A stretch of 62,803 nucleotides of DNA from a bacterium (GTDB taxonomy: Bacteria > RBG-13-61-14 > DATKZS01), in assembly GCA_046484135.1 (NCBI GenBank), contig JAWOBU010000067.1, positions 1-62,803 of the forward strand. Direction: 5' to 3'. Under the pieces are notes generated by a model. That model was not told the DNA's origin. It ran no database searches and worked only from the letters and a program-made list of their open reading frames with translations. Position numbers and translations under genes: made by a program. Below, in pieces: positions 35,673-44,418 of the stretch; position 1 is the stretch's first letter, and each line of letters opens with the position of its first letter.

Positions 35673-37952
35673 ATGTACATTATGGAACTGGCGCTCCAGG
35701 GCGTCAGGCGCTTTGAAAAAAGCAGGAAGTTCTCCCTGAAGTCCGGGTTCGAAGTGGTCTACGGGCCCACGGAGTCGGGCAAGAGCACGCTGGTGGCTTG
35801 TATCCTGGACCTGCTTTACCCGGACCGGCTGAAAGAGGACGAGCCCACCCTGGTAACCAGGGGAGACGCGTCCTCCTCCCGCGCCGGGCTCACCATCTCC
35901 AGCGGCAAAGAAGTCTACCGGGTCCTCAAGGACTTCCGGTCCCAGCAAGTGTCCCTGACCCAGTATAACCCCGCTTCCCAGAAGTTCGAGAGCATGGCGG
36001 AAGGGCCGGCCCAGGTCAGCTCCGCCCTGGCTTCCGCCCTGGAACTGCCCACCTACGAGGTCTTTTATCATCTGTTTCTGTCTTCAGTGGACAGGATGCC
36101 TTCGGTCCTTCCTCTGGCGGAAGAAAAAGAGGTATCCATGGAAGCGGAGGCCGCCCAGCCGGGTCAGTCTTCCGGCGAGCCCGTGCAGAACCCTTTTCAA
36201 CAGCAGCAAATGTCGGGACCGGCCGTTCCCGGAGGAGGAGCCTTCCCGGGAATGCCCGCCATGCCCGGAATGCCCGGAATGCCCGCCATGCCCGGAATGC
36301 CGGCGGCGCCTGCCATGACCGCGCCCGGCATGATGATGCAGGAAGATGACGGCATGACCCCCGAGGAAAGGGAGGAGAAGCTTCTTAAGCTACGGGAGGA
36401 GCATGAGCAGGCCAAGAAGATAGAAGAAATCCAGTACGAAATAGACGGGCTGCAACAGCAGTTGTTCGAGATCGAGTCCAAGAAGAAAAGCGCCACCCAG
36501 TTCGACGAGTTCCTGGAAGAAGCGGAAGAGCAGTTAAACAAGTACCCCGCTCTCAAACGGCTTCCTCAGAACATGCAAGAAAGGCTGGACAGATATAAAG
36601 ACCTGGGCAGGCTCCAGGCCGAGGAAGTGGAAAAGCATGACCAGAAGCTTGCCGTCTACGACGAACAGATGCAGGATTTGGAGGTCAAGCCCAAGCTGCT
36701 GGGAGACCAGCTCTTCCAACTTGCACTGGCGCTCGCCGGGCTGGGAATCATATCCTTGGTCCTGTCCCGGTCGGTAGAATCCCTCCAGTCCATCAAGTTC
36801 CTCTTTCTCCTGATCCTCCCCGGCCTGGGACTGGGAGGATGGAGAATATGGACCCATATTGATATAGCCAACAAGAAAGCCGAGCTGGAAGACAAGATCA
36901 AAAAGGAAGATGAAAAAAGAGAAGCGGTCATTAAGAAGTTCCAGGTGGAAACCTCGGTAATAGACAAGCTCATGGACGACACCGACAGCGACAACATATC
37001 CGAGCTCAAAGAAAAGATAGAGAAATTCCAGGACCTGGAAGCGAAGTACAAATCGGTTCTCGACAGAAAGAACAAGATCATAAAAGACATCAATATGGAC
37101 GCCCTGAACAAGCAGGAGAAAGAGCTCAAGGAGAAGATCAAAAAGCAGGAAGAAGAACTCAGGAAGTACCCCGCCCTCAGCATGGACTTGAACCAGATCA
37201 AAAAAGAGATCGAAAGACTGGAAAAAATCGTAAAAATGACCAACCCCCAATCCAAGGCGCTCCAGGACCAAAAAGCCGCTCCCGCCCAGGAAGGATTCGC
37301 CGTGCCCGATTTAGAGCCCGCTTCGGAAGACAAGGGGTCCACCCAGGTAATGGGAGGACAACAGCCGGCGCCTGGAGAAACGCCTCAACCTCAAAAACAG
37401 CAAGCTGCCGCGGCGGGAGGTTCCACCCAGGTAATGGGGGGGACTTCACCCGGAGACTCCGGAGTTACCAGGGCCATGCGCATCCGCTCCATAAAACCGG
37501 CCATCGCAAGCGAAGCCTATGAAAAGCTCATCCAGAACTCCGCCCACATGTTCAACACCGAAAGAAACAAGCTCATTAAACACGTGCAGCAACGCCTGAA
37601 CCTGTATGTAGAGGCCCTGTTCGGAAAGCGATACAAGGAGGCGTGGATAGGACCGGACGGTTCTTTCACCCTGCGGCGCTCGGAGGACAAAAAATGGGTC
37701 GAGTTTGACGAGCTGACCGCGGCGGCACGCGACACCTGTTACCTGGCCCTCAAGATAACCCTGCTGGAGTTGGCCACCCAGAAAAAGGTGTATCCCATCA
37801 TCATGGACAATCCGTTCGCACAACTGGACGAAAACGCGGCCGGTATTTCCATGAAAGCCATGAAAAGACTTTCCGAAAGGGCCCAGGTCATTCTCTTTAC
37901 ACCAAACAGCGCTCCCCTTCAGCTTGCCGACCACAAGCTCACCCTGGAATAA
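35673..37952 (+). CDS. SMC/Rad50-like ABC-type ATPase with coiled coils, central TM hairpin and a (PGMPAM)n tract
   Basis: Walker A VVYGPTESGKSTL. Long E/K-rich coiled-coil segments. Two hydrophobic helices (LFQLALALAGLGIISLVL, FLFLLILPGLGLGGW). C-terminal signature-like LTAAARDTCYLALKI and Walker B YPIIMDNPFAQLDE. Confidence 0.6.
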   Translation: MYIMELALQGVRRFEKSRKFSLKSGFEVVYGPTESGKSTLVACILDLLYPDRLKEDEPTLVTRGDASSSRAGLTISSGKEVYRVLKDFRSQQVSLTQYNPASQKFESMAEGPAQVSSALASALELPTYEVFYHLFLSSVDRMPSVLPLAEEKEVSMEAEAAQPGQSSGEPVQNPFQQQQMSGPAVPGGGAFPGMPAMPGMPGMPAMPGMPAAPAMTAPGMMMQEDDGMTPEEREEKLLKLREEHEQAKKIEEIQYEIDGLQQQLFEIESKKKSATQFDEFLEEAEEQLNKYPALKRLPQNMQERLDRYKDLGRLQAEEVEKHDQKLAVYDEQMQDLEVKPKLLGDQLFQLALALAGLGIISLVLSRSVESLQSIKFLFLLILPGLGLGGWRIWTHIDIANKKAELEDKIKKEDEKREAVIKKFQVETSVIDKLMDDTDSDNISELKEKIEKFQDLEAKYKSVLDRKNKIIKDINMDALNKQEKELKEKIKKQEEELRKYPALSMDLNQIKKEIERLEKIVKMTNPQSKALQDQKAAPAQEGFAVPDLEPASEDKGSTQVMGGQQPAPGETPQPQKQQAAAAGGSTQVMGGTSPGDSGVTRAMRIRSIKPAIASEAYEKLIQNSAHMFNTERNKLIKHVQQRLNLYVEALFGKRYKEAWIGPDGSFTLRRSEDKKWVEFDELTAAARDTCYLALKITLLELATQKKVYPIIMDNPFAQLDENAAGISMKAMKRLSERAQVILFTPNSAPLQLADHKLTLE

Positions 37953-37954
37953 AA

Positions 37955-38623
37955 ATGGCGGGAAGCACCGGCAAAAACCCTCTTTTTCCGGAGCTGAAAT
38001 CATCCTCTGCTCCCGACCTCTCCTTTGAAAACAGGTTCCGGGAAATGGGGTTTCAAGCCATTGCCGGCGTGGACGAGGCAGGCAGAGGCCCGCTGGCCGG
38101 GCCGGTGGTGGCGGCCGCGGTGGTCCTGCCCGAAACTCTGCCGAAAAAAAGCCCCCTCTGGAAAGTAAGAGACTCGAAGACACTGGCGAAAACCAGCCGG
38201 GAAGCCATCTACCGGACCATAGCGGAAGAGGCGGCGGACTGTTCCTGGGCCATGTGCGAGCCCGCCGAGATAGACAGCATGAACATCCACGCCGCCAGCC
38301 TCGAGGCCATGAAAAGGGCGGTCATGGACCTGGACCCACTGCCCCACTTCTGCCTGGTGGACGGAAAAGCGCAAATTCCCGGCCCCGTTCCATCAAGGGC
38401 CCTGGTCAAGGGGGACGCCTGCTGTCTCTCCATTGCAGCGGCTTCCGTACTGGCCAAGGTCATCCGAGACTCCATCATGGAAAACCTCCACCATCTCTTT
38501 CCCCACTATCAGTTCCGGCTGCATAAAGGATACGGCACCGCGGAGCACAGGAAAGCGCTCGAGAAACACGGGCCCTGCCCCGCCCATCGAAAAAGCTTTA
38601 AAGGCGTAAAAGAGTTCCTCTGA
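37955..38623 (+). CDS. rnhB: Ribonuclease HII
   Basis: IAGVDEAGRGPLAGPVVAAAVVL, DSKTL, ..ASVLAKVIRD.., GYGTAEH. Confidence 0.93.
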   Translation: MAGSTGKNPLFPELKSSSAPDLSFENRFREMGFQAIAGVDEAGRGPLAGPVVAAAVVLPETLPKKSPLWKVRDSKTLAKTSREAIYRTIAEEAADCSWAMCEPAEIDSMNIHAASLEAMKRAVMDLDPLPHFCLVDGKAQIPGPVPSRALVKGDACCLSIAAASVLAKVIRDSIMENLHHLFPHYQFRLHKGYGTAEHRKALEKHGPCPAHRKSFKGVKEFL

Positions 38624-38657
38624 AAAACGGCCACCAATCCATCACACCTCAAGAGGA

Positions 38658-39746
38658 CTAATCTTCCAGCCACTGCCGGGCATACTCTTCCGGCTCCACT
38701 CCTTTCTTTTCCTGGACCTCCTTGAAAAAATCAATAACCGCTTTCAAGTCCGAGTCCATCTTCCGGTACAGGTCCTCGTAAAGGGAAAGGTCGTGATAGT
38801 AAACCACCCGCGAGACCACCACCGCGTTGTCGAGGTCCTTCTCCGGCCAGCTTTTATAACGGTCTGTCTTCATCGCAGGCAGGACCTCATCCCGGAAATG
38901 ACGCTTATGGGAAGAAAAGACCTCTTTCTTGCGCTCAAGCTTCTCCGCCTTGGAAAGATCGCTCGTGTAAACCGACTCGAGCTCGTGGTAGAGCTTCATC
39001 ACCTCCCGGCTGAATATCTCGGCATCGTGGTTAGAGCCGGCGGAGTAACGGACCTCGGCCGAGTCCGGCCCGAAGCGCTCGGAAAGGTACTCCAGCGAAC
39101 CACGGTTGCCCACGAAAAGCGCCAGGTTCTCGTTGAACTCCATCTTCCCCTTGATGAAAACCGTGGAGTGGAGCATCTCGTGCAGGACAAGGTTGGCCAG
39201 GTCCGCCTTACGGGCGTCCAGAAGCGAGCTGTAAAAAGGATCGGACACTATACCCAGCATCGAGTAGGCTCCCACCGGCCGCACGTATACGTCATAGCCT
39301 TTCGACTCGAGCTCGGCCTTCTTATCCAGCGCGTCCTCTTTCTTGAAAAAACCAAGATACGGGACCTCGCCCGCAACCGGAAAATCCCACCGGACCGGCT
39401 CCACGCTCAACTCCGGACAAGCGGTCAGGTTCCAGCAGACAGCCTGCCGCTCCAGCTCCACGTAAACCTCGTAGTTCTCGTTGTCCAAAAGACCGAGCTC
39501 CTCCACCCCGTACTCCTTGACGTCCAGCACGAACTCAAGGGTCTTACGGACCTCGGGATCAAGGTCCGGATTGGACAGGACCCTTTCAAAGGGAACCCGC
39601 TTTAACAAAAGCTCGAACTGACCCGGCGCCTGCTCCAGAAGGTACTCCGTCTCCTCCTTGTCACACCGGTTCGACAGGCAGCAAAAACCCGCCAGAACCG
39701 CCAGGACAATCAAAGCATTTTTACGAGCCGGTCTTTTACTTATCAT
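38658..39746 (-). CDS. Predicted zinc aminopeptidase lipoprotein (DUF2265/COG4324-like)
   Basis: Start moved to MISKRPARKNALIVLAVLAGFCCLSNRCD (lipobox-like; GGAGAAGGA upstream). HEMLHSTVF (HExxH). The longer track ORF reads through an intergenic repeat. Confidence 0.7.
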   Translation of the reverse strand: MISKRPARKNALIVLAVLAGFCCLSNRCDKEETEYLLEQAPGQFELLLKRVPFERVLSNPDLDPEVRKTLEFVLDVKEYGVEELGLLDNENYEVYVELERQAVCWNLTACPELSVEPVRWDFPVAGEVPYLGFFKKEDALDKKAELESKGYDVYVRPVGAYSMLGIVSDPFYSSLLDARKADLANLVLHEMLHSTVFIKGKMEFNENLALFVGNRGSLEYLSERFGPDSAEVRYSAGSNHDAEIFSREVMKLYHELESVYTSDLSKAEKLERKKEVFSSHKRHFRDEVLPAMKTDRYKSWPEKDLDNAVVVSRVVYYHDLSLYEDLYRKMDSDLKAVIDFFKEVQEKKGVEPEEYARQWLED

Positions 39747-39834
39747 TTCCTTCTCCTTTCGCTCTGATGCCGGCAGATGAAATCCCACCGCCCTGAAAAC
39801 CTGCTGTCTTGTCAAGCTTAATATGACGCCTGCT

Positions 39835-39873
39835 GTGCGAGCGACTTTAGTCGCGATTTTAAGTCGCTCCCAC
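39835..39873. repeat. Interspersed motif family 2, hairpin copy
   Basis: GTGCGAGCGACTT-tagtcgcgatttt-AAGTCGCTCCCAC (13-bp arms, 1 mismatch). The core GTGCGAGCGACTTTAGTCGCGATTTT recurs at 44345-44370 (opposite strand) and 55277-55298. Confidence 0.75.
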
Positions 39874-39967
39874 GGAAAATATTTCTGTTGGAAGCAAAAA
39901 AACGCTTGACCAAGCAATAGTGTAATCATATTGCCGAGCCGGTTCCACTGTCAAACTGCTTGCCGGT

Positions 39968-39997
39968 TTGCCATGCTCCCTGTCAAAATGATATAAT
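39968..39997 (+). promoter_or_regulatory. Sigma70-like promoter candidate with no adjacent ORF
   Basis: TTGCCA (39968-39973), 18 nt, TATAAT (39992-39997); about 210 nt upstream of uppP. Confidence 0.4.
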
Positions 39998-40176
39998 ATC
40001 CTTGCAGTTTTTGGAGGCCGGGAAATTTTGCACGGACGCCGAGAAGATATTCTTTGCAAAACATGACTTTTTTAACGGTCCCACAAAGGGCTTGTTGATT
40101 TTTTTTCTTTGATAACGGAAAGTTACGATTAAGAAGCTGCCGAGAGCCGGCGCCGGTTTTTTACATATCCGGCAAA

Positions 40177-40205
40177 TTGACAAACACCGTGGAGTTATCT
40201 AAAAT
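40177..40205 (+). promoter_or_regulatory. Near-consensus sigma70 promoter abutting the uppP start codon (leaderless candidate)
   Basis: TTGACA (40177-40182), 17-nt spacer, TAAAAT (40200-40205), then AAAGT and ATG at 40211. No Shine-Dalgarno at a usable distance. Confidence 0.5.
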
Positions 40206-40210
40206 AAAGT

Positions 40211-41062
40211 ATGGAAACATGGTTTGACTCAGTGATCATCCAGGCGATTGTCCTGGGGGTCTTACAAGGCTTGACCGAGTTCCTGCCCGTCTCGAGCTCG
40301 GGTCATCTGGCTCTTTGCAAACAGGTCATACCGGGTTTCCAGGAGCCGGGGATGCTCTTGGACGTGATGCTTCACGTGGGCACCCTGGCCGCGGTGCTCG
40401 CATATTACCGGCGGGAGATCGGCGATCTTTTCCGGGTAGCTTATGAGCTGGCGTTCCGCAAAAACGCGGAGCGCGACCCGGAGTCTGCCAGGCTGCTCCT
40501 GGGCATAATCATAGCGTCGGTCCCCACCGCCATAATAGGCCTTTTGCTGGAAGAGCGGGTGGAGGTGTTTTCCGCCTCCTTGTGGAAAGTTGGCGCGGCT
40601 TTGGTGGCGACGGGAGTAATGCTGATAGCGGGTAAAATGATAAGCGAACGTGTCCGGCAAAGGCCGGGAAACCCCGGTTACCTGTCAAGCTTCCTGGTGG
40701 GAATTGCCCAGGGGTTAGCGGTGATCCCGGGCATTTCCAGGTCGGGCGCCACCATTTCCATGGCCCGCGGGCTGGGCACGGGCGGCACGGAAGCGGCCCG
40801 CTTCGCCTTCCTGGTCTCCATTCCGGCAATCGGGGGAGCAGCCCTTTTAAAGGCAGTTGAGCACATGGACCGGATAAAAGGGTTCACCCCCGAGGAGGCC
40901 GCGGCTTATATTATAGGTCCGCTGGTGGCCGCGATGGTGGGCTATGCCGCCATTGCCGCGGTAATGCGGGAGATCCGGGAAGGCAGGTTCGTTTATTACT
41001 CGATTTATTGCCTGGTGCTGGGTTTGAACGCGATTGTTGCGGGGATATACCTGGGAAGCTGA
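40211..41062 (+). CDS. uppP: Undecaprenyl-diphosphate phosphatase
   Basis: ..GVLQGLTEFLPVSSSGHL.., ..PGISRSGATI.. motifs; 8 TM helices. Confidence 0.93.
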   Translation: METWFDSVIIQAIVLGVLQGLTEFLPVSSSGHLALCKQVIPGFQEPGMLLDVMLHVGTLAAVLAYYRREIGDLFRVAYELAFRKNAERDPESARLLLGIIIASVPTAIIGLLLEERVEVFSASLWKVGAALVATGVMLIAGKMISERVRQRPGNPGYLSSFLVGIAQGLAVIPGISRSGATISMARGLGTGGTEAARFAFLVSIPAIGGAALLKAVEHMDRIKGFTPEEAAAYIIGPLVAAMVGYAAIAAVMREIREGRFVYYSIYCLVLGLNAIVAGIYLGS

Positions 41063-41101
41063 CGAGGCCGGCAAGGCCCGACGCTCGAAGCTGAACAAGA
41101 G

Positions 41102-43402
41102 GTGGAAACATTGAAAGCGGAGAAGACGCGGAGAAAGCAGGAGCTGTGGGGCGTGTTATGGGGGTTCGGCACCGCCTTTGTCGCCCTTTGTCTTTTCACT
41201 TTTTCTCCCAAGGACCCCTGCCTGTTCATCCGGGAAGGGGCTACCGGGCCGGTCATGAACCTTTTGGGACCGGTGGGAGCGACACTTTCCGGCTGGCTGT
41301 TCATGCTGGTCGGGTTCTCCTCCTGGCTGTTGGTGCCGGCCATGGCAGCGGTGGCTCTAACTTACTTCCGCCGTTCCGGCGAAGAGGAATCCCCGGGCAA
41401 GCACCCCACCCGCCTGCTCCGGCGGGGAGCGGGAGCGGTCCTGCTCCTGGTGTCCGCAGCCGTGTTCCTCGAGCTGGCCTTCGGCAGGGTCGAGATGGAA
41501 GGGGAAGTAATCGGCGCCGGCGGCATCGCAGGCGGCTTTCTGGGAGAGGTCCTGGCCGGCCTGGCCGGAGAGGCGGGCGCGCTTATCATCGGGCTCCTCT
41601 TGACCGTGCTGGCCCTGATGGCGGCTTTCGATTTCTCGCCCCGCCGGGCGGGACGGGCACTGCTTAACGCCTTTTTATTCGCAAGGCAAAAGGCAAGCGA
41701 CTACCTGACCCGAAAGAAAGAGGCCCGCCGCCGCAGGGAGATGGTCAAGGAAAAACAGGAAGAGGAAAAAACCAGGCCCCAGCCGCAGATCAGGATAGTG
41801 GAGCAGGAAAAGCCCAAGCCTGCTTCCAAAGCTCCCCCCAAACCCAAACAGGAGAAGCTCCCCTTTCTAAAGGAAGGTGAGTACGAGCTTCCTCCCTTCG
41901 AGCTCCTGGACGAGCTAAGCGAGAGCCGCAAAAAGACAGACCACGACAGCCTGCTCATGAACGCCCGGGTGCTGGAGAACAAGCTGCAGGACTTCGGGGT
42001 AAAGGGCGAGGTGGTCGAGGTCCATCCCGGCCCGGTCATCACCATGTACGAGTACCGGCCGGCCTCCGGGGTCAAGATCAACAAGATATCCAACCTGGCT
42101 GACGACCTGGCCATGGCCCTGTCCGCCATCAGCGTAAGGATCATCGCCCCCATTCCCGGCAAGGACGTGGTGGGAATCGAGATATCCAACACCGACCGCA
42201 CACCGGTCATGCTCCGGGAAATACTCGAGTCCGACCAGTACCGGAAGTCCAAAAGCATGTTGCCCATTGCACTCGGCAACGACATCACCGGAAACCCCTA
42301 CGCCTTCGACCTGAAAAAAGCGCCCCACCTTCTGGTCGCCGGAGCCACCGGCACCGGGAAAAGCGTCAGCTTGAACGCCATGATCATGAGCGTGCTCTAC
42401 CGCTCCCGGCCCGACCAGGTGCAACTTCTCATGATAGACCCCAAGAAGCTGGAGCTGTCCGTGTACGAGGGCATACCGCATCTGCTCCACCCGGTTATCG
42501 CAGACCCCAAGAACGCGGCCACCGCGCTGAAGTGGGCGGTCGCCGAGATGGAAAAAAGGTACGCCCTTCTGGCCGCACAGGGAGTCAGAAACATTGACTC
42601 CTACAACCGGCTGGCCATGAAAAACCGGAAAGAGAAAAACTCGAAAAAGAAAAAGCCGCCGGAGGAGGAAGGCGACACCGTGGCCATAACCGATCAAGAC
42701 ACCGCGGGCAAGGAGAGCTCGAAAACCGGCCCGCCGGAAGAGCCCATGCCCTTGATCCTGGTCGTGATTGACGAGCTGGCCGATCTCATGATGGTGGCGG
42801 CCCGCGATATCGAGGAGTCCATCTGCCGACTGGCCCAGATGGCCCGGGCCGCGGGCATCCACCTGATCCTGGCCACCCAGCGGCCTTCAGTGGACGTGAT
42901 CACCGGTCTCATCAAGGCCAACTTCCCGAGCAGGATAGCCTTCAAGGTGGCAAGCAGAACCGACTCCCGCACCATACTGGACCAGAACGGAGCGGAGAGG
43001 CTACTCGGGCAGGGGGACATGCTCTTCCTGCCTCCCGGCACTTCCCAGTTGATAAGGCTGCACGGCCCCTACGTGTCCGAGGAGGAGATCCAGAAAGTGG
43101 TCCAGCACTGGCAGGAGCAGGGGGAACCCGACTACGCGGAAGAGATCATCCAGCCCCGCCCGGAAGATAGCGCGGTCCAGGAAGAAGAGCAGGACGAGAA
43201 GTACGTCGAGGCCCTCCGGATCGTGGCGTCCACCAAGCAGGCCAGCATCTCCGGCCTGCAAAGGAAGCTCAAGATCGGATACAACCGGGCGGCCCGCATC
43301 ATCGAGCGGATGGAGTCCGAGGGGGTGGTGGGTCCTTCCGACGGCGTCAAACCCCGCGAGGTCTACATAGACCCCATGCAACTGGAACAAGAGACCGGAT
43401 AA
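41102..43402 (+). CDS. ftsK: DNA translocase FtsK
   Basis: GTG start. N-terminal TM helices, a Pro/Lys-rich linker, motor domain (PHLLVAGATGTGKS, VVIDELADLMM, HLILATQRPSVDVITG), and a gamma winged-helix (ASISGLQRKLKIGYNRAARIIERME). Confidence 0.95.
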   Translation: METLKAEKTRRKQELWGVLWGFGTAFVALCLFTFSPKDPCLFIREGATGPVMNLLGPVGATLSGWLFMLVGFSSWLLVPAMAAVALTYFRRSGEEESPGKHPTRLLRRGAGAVLLLVSAAVFLELAFGRVEMEGEVIGAGGIAGGFLGEVLAGLAGEAGALIIGLLLTVLALMAAFDFSPRRAGRALLNAFLFARQKASDYLTRKKEARRRREMVKEKQEEEKTRPQPQIRIVEQEKPKPASKAPPKPKQEKLPFLKEGEYELPPFELLDELSESRKKTDHDSLLMNARVLENKLQDFGVKGEVVEVHPGPVITMYEYRPASGVKINKISNLADDLAMALSAISVRIIAPIPGKDVVGIEISNTDRTPVMLREILESDQYRKSKSMLPIALGNDITGNPYAFDLKKAPHLLVAGATGTGKSVSLNAMIMSVLYRSRPDQVQLLMIDPKKLELSVYEGIPHLLHPVIADPKNAATALKWAVAEMEKRYALLAAQGVRNIDSYNRLAMKNRKEKNSKKKKPPEEEGDTVAITDQDTAGKESSKTGPPEEPMPLILVVIDELADLMMVAARDIEESICRLAQMARAAGIHLILATQRPSVDVITGLIKANFPSRIAFKVASRTDSRTILDQNGAERLLGQGDMLFLPPGTSQLIRLHGPYVSEEEIQKVVQHWQEQGEPDYAEEIIQPRPEDSAVQEEEQDEKYVEALRIVASTKQASISGLQRKLKIGYNRAARIIERMESEGVVGPSDGVKPREVYIDPMQLEQETG

Positions 43403-43462
43403 TAGTATCATAGATACTTGTACAAGCATTTTAATTCCCGACCGGAAAAAGGACTGAATTCC

Positions 43463-44200
43463 ATGAAAACCTGTATTATGAAAGGCTTAGTCGTGATGGC
43501 CCTGGCCGCCGGATTTTACATAATCGCATCAGCGGGAACGGCACAGGAAAAAGATAAAGAAGCCTCAGCCTCACCCAAAGAAACCGGCTCCCTGTCCCTG
43601 GACCAGGTCATACAAAAGCTCCAGGAGAACTATGAGAAGATCGAGACCTACCAGGCAAATTTCGAGCAGGAAATCTTCAGCATGAGGCAAGGACGGGTGG
43701 TTAGCGAAGGCAAGGGAAAGGTCCTTTACAAGAAGCCGGGCAAGATGGTCTGGCACTACACCGAGCCGGAGGAGCATTTATACATCAACGAGGGCAACAC
43801 CATTTGGGACTACAGCCCCGCCGAGCAAGAGGCCTACCGGTTGCCGGTGGAAGAATCGGTGTACAAGTCGTTTTTGGTGGGGCTGGGGGACCTGAAAGAA
43901 GAGTTCGAGATAAGCTTCCACTCCGGGACCAAAACCAACCAAAAGGGATACTATCAGCTCGATCTGGTGGCGCGGAAAAAAGAGGAGCGGCAGGTGCTGG
44001 GGACCCTTACCCTGTACGTGGACCCGGAAGACTTCATGGTAAAAAGCTCCGAGTCGGTAGACGCACTGGGCAACACCAACCACGTGGTTTTCAAGGACAT
44101 CAAGACAAACATAAAGATAAAGGACAAGAAGTTCCAATTCTCTCCGCCCGACGGAGTGAAAGTCATTGACTCGGAAGCGCCCGCCGGCGGCTCGAGATAA
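43463..44200 (+). CDS. lolA: LolA-family outer-membrane lipoprotein carrier protein
   Basis: Signal peptide MKTCIMKGLVVMALAAGFYIIASA. ..YQANFEQE..GKGKVLYKKPGKMVWHYTEPEEHLYINEGNTIWDYSP.. Confidence 0.75.
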   Translation: MKTCIMKGLVVMALAAGFYIIASAGTAQEKDKEASASPKETGSLSLDQVIQKLQENYEKIETYQANFEQEIFSMRQGRVVSEGKGKVLYKKPGKMVWHYTEPEEHLYINEGNTIWDYSPAEQEAYRLPVEESVYKSFLVGLGDLKEEFEISFHSGTKTNQKGYYQLDLVARKKEERQVLGTLTLYVDPEDFMVKSSESVDALGNTNHVVFKDIKTNIKIKDKKFQFSPPDGVKVIDSEAPAGGSR

Positions 44201-44238
44201 AATTTATAAAGCTTCTTGCAAAATCAACCATTCTTATG

Positions 44239-44370
44239 GTGGGAGCGAGCGGGAGCTCGCGATTATCGAGACCAGGAGGTCTCTCCCACCTTTTCCCGGA
44301 CTTTTTGCAAGAGGACATCCAAGAAATTTATGGCACGATCCGCGAAAATCGCGACTAAAGTCGCTCGCAC
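44239..44370. repeat. Family-2 motif pair in inverted orientation upstream of gyrA
   Basis: Diverged copy GTGGGAGCGAGCGGGAGCTCGCGATTAT (44239-44266) and a canonical copy on the opposite strand (44345-44370). Nested stems GGTGGGAG/CTCCCACC (44238-44245 / 44283-44290) and GAGACC-AGGA-GGTCTC. Confidence 0.65.
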
Positions 44371-44418
44371 GATAAAAGATATATTTCGCATGAAAAACTC
44401 TAGTCCGAAGAGGTAAGA

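Noticed and set aside
40148-40163. Strong intrinsic terminator closing a small RNA upstream of uppP
   Set aside because: CCGGCGCCGG is a perfect palindrome with no loop, so only a 3-4-bp stem can form. I kept it only as a weak element inside a finding and not as a terminator feature.
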